A DNA stretch of 5,818 nucleotides from a virus: the IMG/VR virus record IMGVR_UViG_3300029905_000161; one strand, 5' to 3'. The notes below the pieces were generated by a model, which saw only the letters and a program-made list of their open reading frames with translations, made no database searches and was not told where the DNA came from. Positions 4,846 to 5,818 of the stretch are shown in pieces; position 1 is the first letter of the stretch, and each line of letters begins with the position of its first letter. Position numbers and translations under genes: made by a program.

Positions 4846-5330
4846 TGTTTGCTCCAAAAGTGTTTTTTCTTTTTTTCTGGCATGCTGCGCTTGAAGTCAT
4901 TTAACGCTTTTGTGATTGAGTCATATATATCAACGTTGTTTGAATCTTTTATTTGTTTTAACATTGAATATACTTGTTCTGCTCCGATTTTTTGTTGAAT
5001 GTCACGCAGTTCGATATCTTTGAATTCTATGATTGTTTTTTCTTCGATTGTGATATATGGTGTGTCAGGATGTTCAATGAATTTGTAAGTGCCTTTTTCA
5101 ATATCGAACACTGCTTCTTCTTTTGCAGATTCATTTAAATAACCCAATTGGATTAAACAGTAGTCTTCTGGATGTTCTCGATGTGCCGGCATTAAATATT
5201 CACCTTGCATATTGACACTGTTTAATGCGTCTTTTACGCCTTGGATTGCTTTTTCGATGTTTTCTTGGTAGATGGGTCTTCCGATTTTTTTTGCTTTCTT
5301 GTCATAGATTGCTGTTATCAGTTGTGTCAT
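4842..5330 (-). CDS. 162-aa protein. The N-terminal ~70 aa resemble the small conserved gokushovirus non-structural (VP5-type) protein, and the C-terminal ~90 aa are an unrecognised extension.
   Basis: The ATG is at 5330..5328 with a consensus SD (taAAGGAGcgaattATG). The N-terminus MTQLITAIYDKKAKKIGRPIYQENIEKAIQGVKDAL...HREHPEDYCLIQLGYLNE fits the pattern (v/f)YD-x-KA-x-x-(f/y)-x-x-P...A-(i/l)-(r/q)-x-(f/v)...hPED(y/f)-x-L-x-x-(l/i)-G that I recall for that family. The rest (VFDIEKGTYKFIEHPDTPYITIEEK...KKKKHFWSKQ) is unassigned. Confidence 0.75.
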   Translation of the reverse strand: MTQLITAIYDKKAKKIGRPIYQENIEKAIQGVKDALNSVNMQGEYLMPAHREHPEDYCLIQLGYLNESAKEEAVFDIEKGTYKFIEHPDTPYITIEEKTIIEFKDIELRDIQQKIGAEQVYSMLKQIKDSNNVDIYDSITKALNDFKRSMPEKKKKHFWSKQ

Positions 5331-5428
5331 AATTCGCTCCTTTATGTTGTTATTATGATTATGAGCAGTTCAGGGATATGGAGCGTCAGTACAACATACC
5401 CCTTGAACTACGATACTATAATACTACG
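5331..5428 (-). promoter_or_regulatory. 98-nt non-coding spacer between the Rep stop and the first gene of the accessory/structural gene string. It is the probable promoter/leader region.
   Basis: This is the only other gap longer than 50 nt, and it sits upstream of a run of tightly packed co-oriented genes. On the coding strand it has AT-rich -10-like hexamers (cataat, taataa) but no convincing -35/-10 pair at 16-18 nt spacing. Three 8-nt-phased copies of (g/a)(a/t)ACTA start at 5405, 5413 and 5421 (plus strand). Confidence 0.3.
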
Positions 5429-5818
5429 TTATTTTGCTATTTGCAATAGTTTTTTTCTTGCTTGCTTGGTATTTTCATTTGCATAGTATATTTGCTCGTC
5501 TGTGTCCAAATTTTCGCGTTTTAATAGGTTGTATATTATTTTACTGGTTTCAACGTTATCTTTTATTTGGTCGATTAAACATTTATCGGTTCTTTCCATT
5601 TTCTTTTTTTGTTCTTTTTCTTGATTCCAGATTGACCAATCTATAAAATATTCATATTCAACTGGATTTTCTTCCTGCCACTTTTTTTTGAAGTATCTTG
5701 GTATTTTTACTAATTTGGCTTTGTTTTTCTTTTTTATCCAGATTCCAGTATCTTCTTTTATTTCTTTTTTGTGTAAATTCCAGTAATCAAGTCCTATATT
5801 TTGGCTTTGTCGTTGAAA
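5429..5818 (-). CDS. VP4: Rep (VP4) C-terminal part. Bases 5818..5720 duplicate 99..1, the unique part is 5719..5432, and the TAA stop is at 5431..5429. The total Rep is 371 aa after circularisation.
   Basis: The frame from nt 1 continues at 5719 as AKLVKIPRYFKKKWQEENPVEYEYFIDWSIWNQEKEQKKKMERTDKCLIDQIKDNVETSKIIYNLLKRENLDTDEQIYYANENTKQARKKLLQIAK*. Codon phase is consistent (5720 and 5429 are both congruent to 2 mod 3). Confidence 0.9.
   Translation of the reverse strand, partial: FQRQSQNIGLDYWNLHKKEIKEDTGIWIKKKNKAKLVKIPRYFKKKWQEENPVEYEYFIDWSIWNQEKEQKKKMERTDKCLIDQIKDNVETSKIIYNLLKRENLDTDEQIYYANENTKQARKKLLQIAK
5720..5818. repeat. Terminal direct repeat, copy 2 (identical to 1..99).
   Basis: Same 99-nt string as 1..99. 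The implied unit length is 5,719 nt. Confidence 0.9.

Noticed and set aside
4846-4857. The track start (position 4857) for the HTH ORF, giving MEQT... and 60 aa.
   Set aside because: That start is a TTG inside the upstream gene. The ATG at 4845 follows a GGAG at the correct spacing and forms an ATGA overlap with the upstream stop, so a 56-aa product is more likely.
5335-5398. Inverted repeats cgctcc (5335..5340) with ggagcg (5380..5385), and tatgttgt (5343..5350) with acaacata (5391..5398), in the Rep-downstream spacer.
   Set aside because: The two pairs are interleaved rather than nested, so they cannot form one simple hairpin. They are short (6 and 8 nt), and one arm is the SD region of the 162-aa gene. 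The support is not enough to call a structure or terminator.
5405-5428. Three 8-nt-phased copies of (g/a)(a/t)ACTA (starting 5405, 5413, 5421), which might be iterons or operators next to the Rep stop.
   Set aside because: The motif is very short and AT-rich in an AT-rich spacer. Chance occurrence is plausible, and there is no comparative support within the window. It is noted in the spacer feature but not promoted to a finding.
5682-5689. An A8 homopolymer run on the coding strand inside Rep (...TTC AAA AAA AAG...), and similar A-runs elsewhere, as possible programmed-slippage sites.
   Set aside because: The reading frame is continuous through them and the downstream sequence translates sensibly. 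Lys-rich coding in an AT-rich genome explains the runs. They matter only as possible sequencing-error hot spots.
1-5818. I looked for tRNA or rRNA genes, CRISPR arrays, an integrase or transposase, and IS-type terminal inverted repeats.
   Set aside because: No cloverleaf-like or rRNA-like segments, no spaced direct-repeat arrays and no recombinase-like ORFs are visible. The only long direct repeat is the 99-nt circular-assembly overlap.

Overview
The window is one complete, circularly permuted genome of a gokushovirus-like member of the Microviridae (ssDNA phage), given as the reverse complement of the coding strand. Bases 1..99 are identical to 5720..5818, so the unit length is 5,719 nt. All credible genes are on the minus strand. 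In transcription order (high to low coordinates) they are: a VP5-like 162-aa protein, a 56-aa HTH protein, a 47-aa helical ORF, a 27-aa glycine-zipper membrane peptide, a 42-aa arginine-rich J/VP8-like DNA-binding protein, the VP3 internal scaffold, the VP1 major capsid protein (554 aa), the VP2 pilot/minor capsid protein (271 aa), a 270-nt GC-rich hairpin-dense intergenic region, a 94-aa coiled-coil ORF, and the rolling-circle Rep (VP4, 371 aa). The supplied ORF track misses Rep because it wraps across the window ends. I found it by hand translation; it carries HUH (HYH) and Y-x-x-x-Y motifs. Four small ORFs under 60 aa were also found by hand. Points worth a second look: (1) the structured intergenic region with nested hairpins and C-GCA-G triloops, a candidate ssDNA origin or primosome site; (2) a roughly 0.9-kb accessory module of stop/start-coupled small ORFs that includes an HTH regulator and a candidate membrane/lysis peptide, which helps explain why the genome is about 1 kb larger than classical gokushoviruses; (3) an in-frame 18-nt tandem repeat, dense in EcoRI sites, encoding an (N-S-N-V)n tail on VP2; (4) an overlapping gene upstream of a Rep start that has no Shine-Dalgarno sequence. 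No tRNA, rRNA, CRISPR array, integrase or transposase is visible. All homology statements come from motif recognition by eye, not from database searches.
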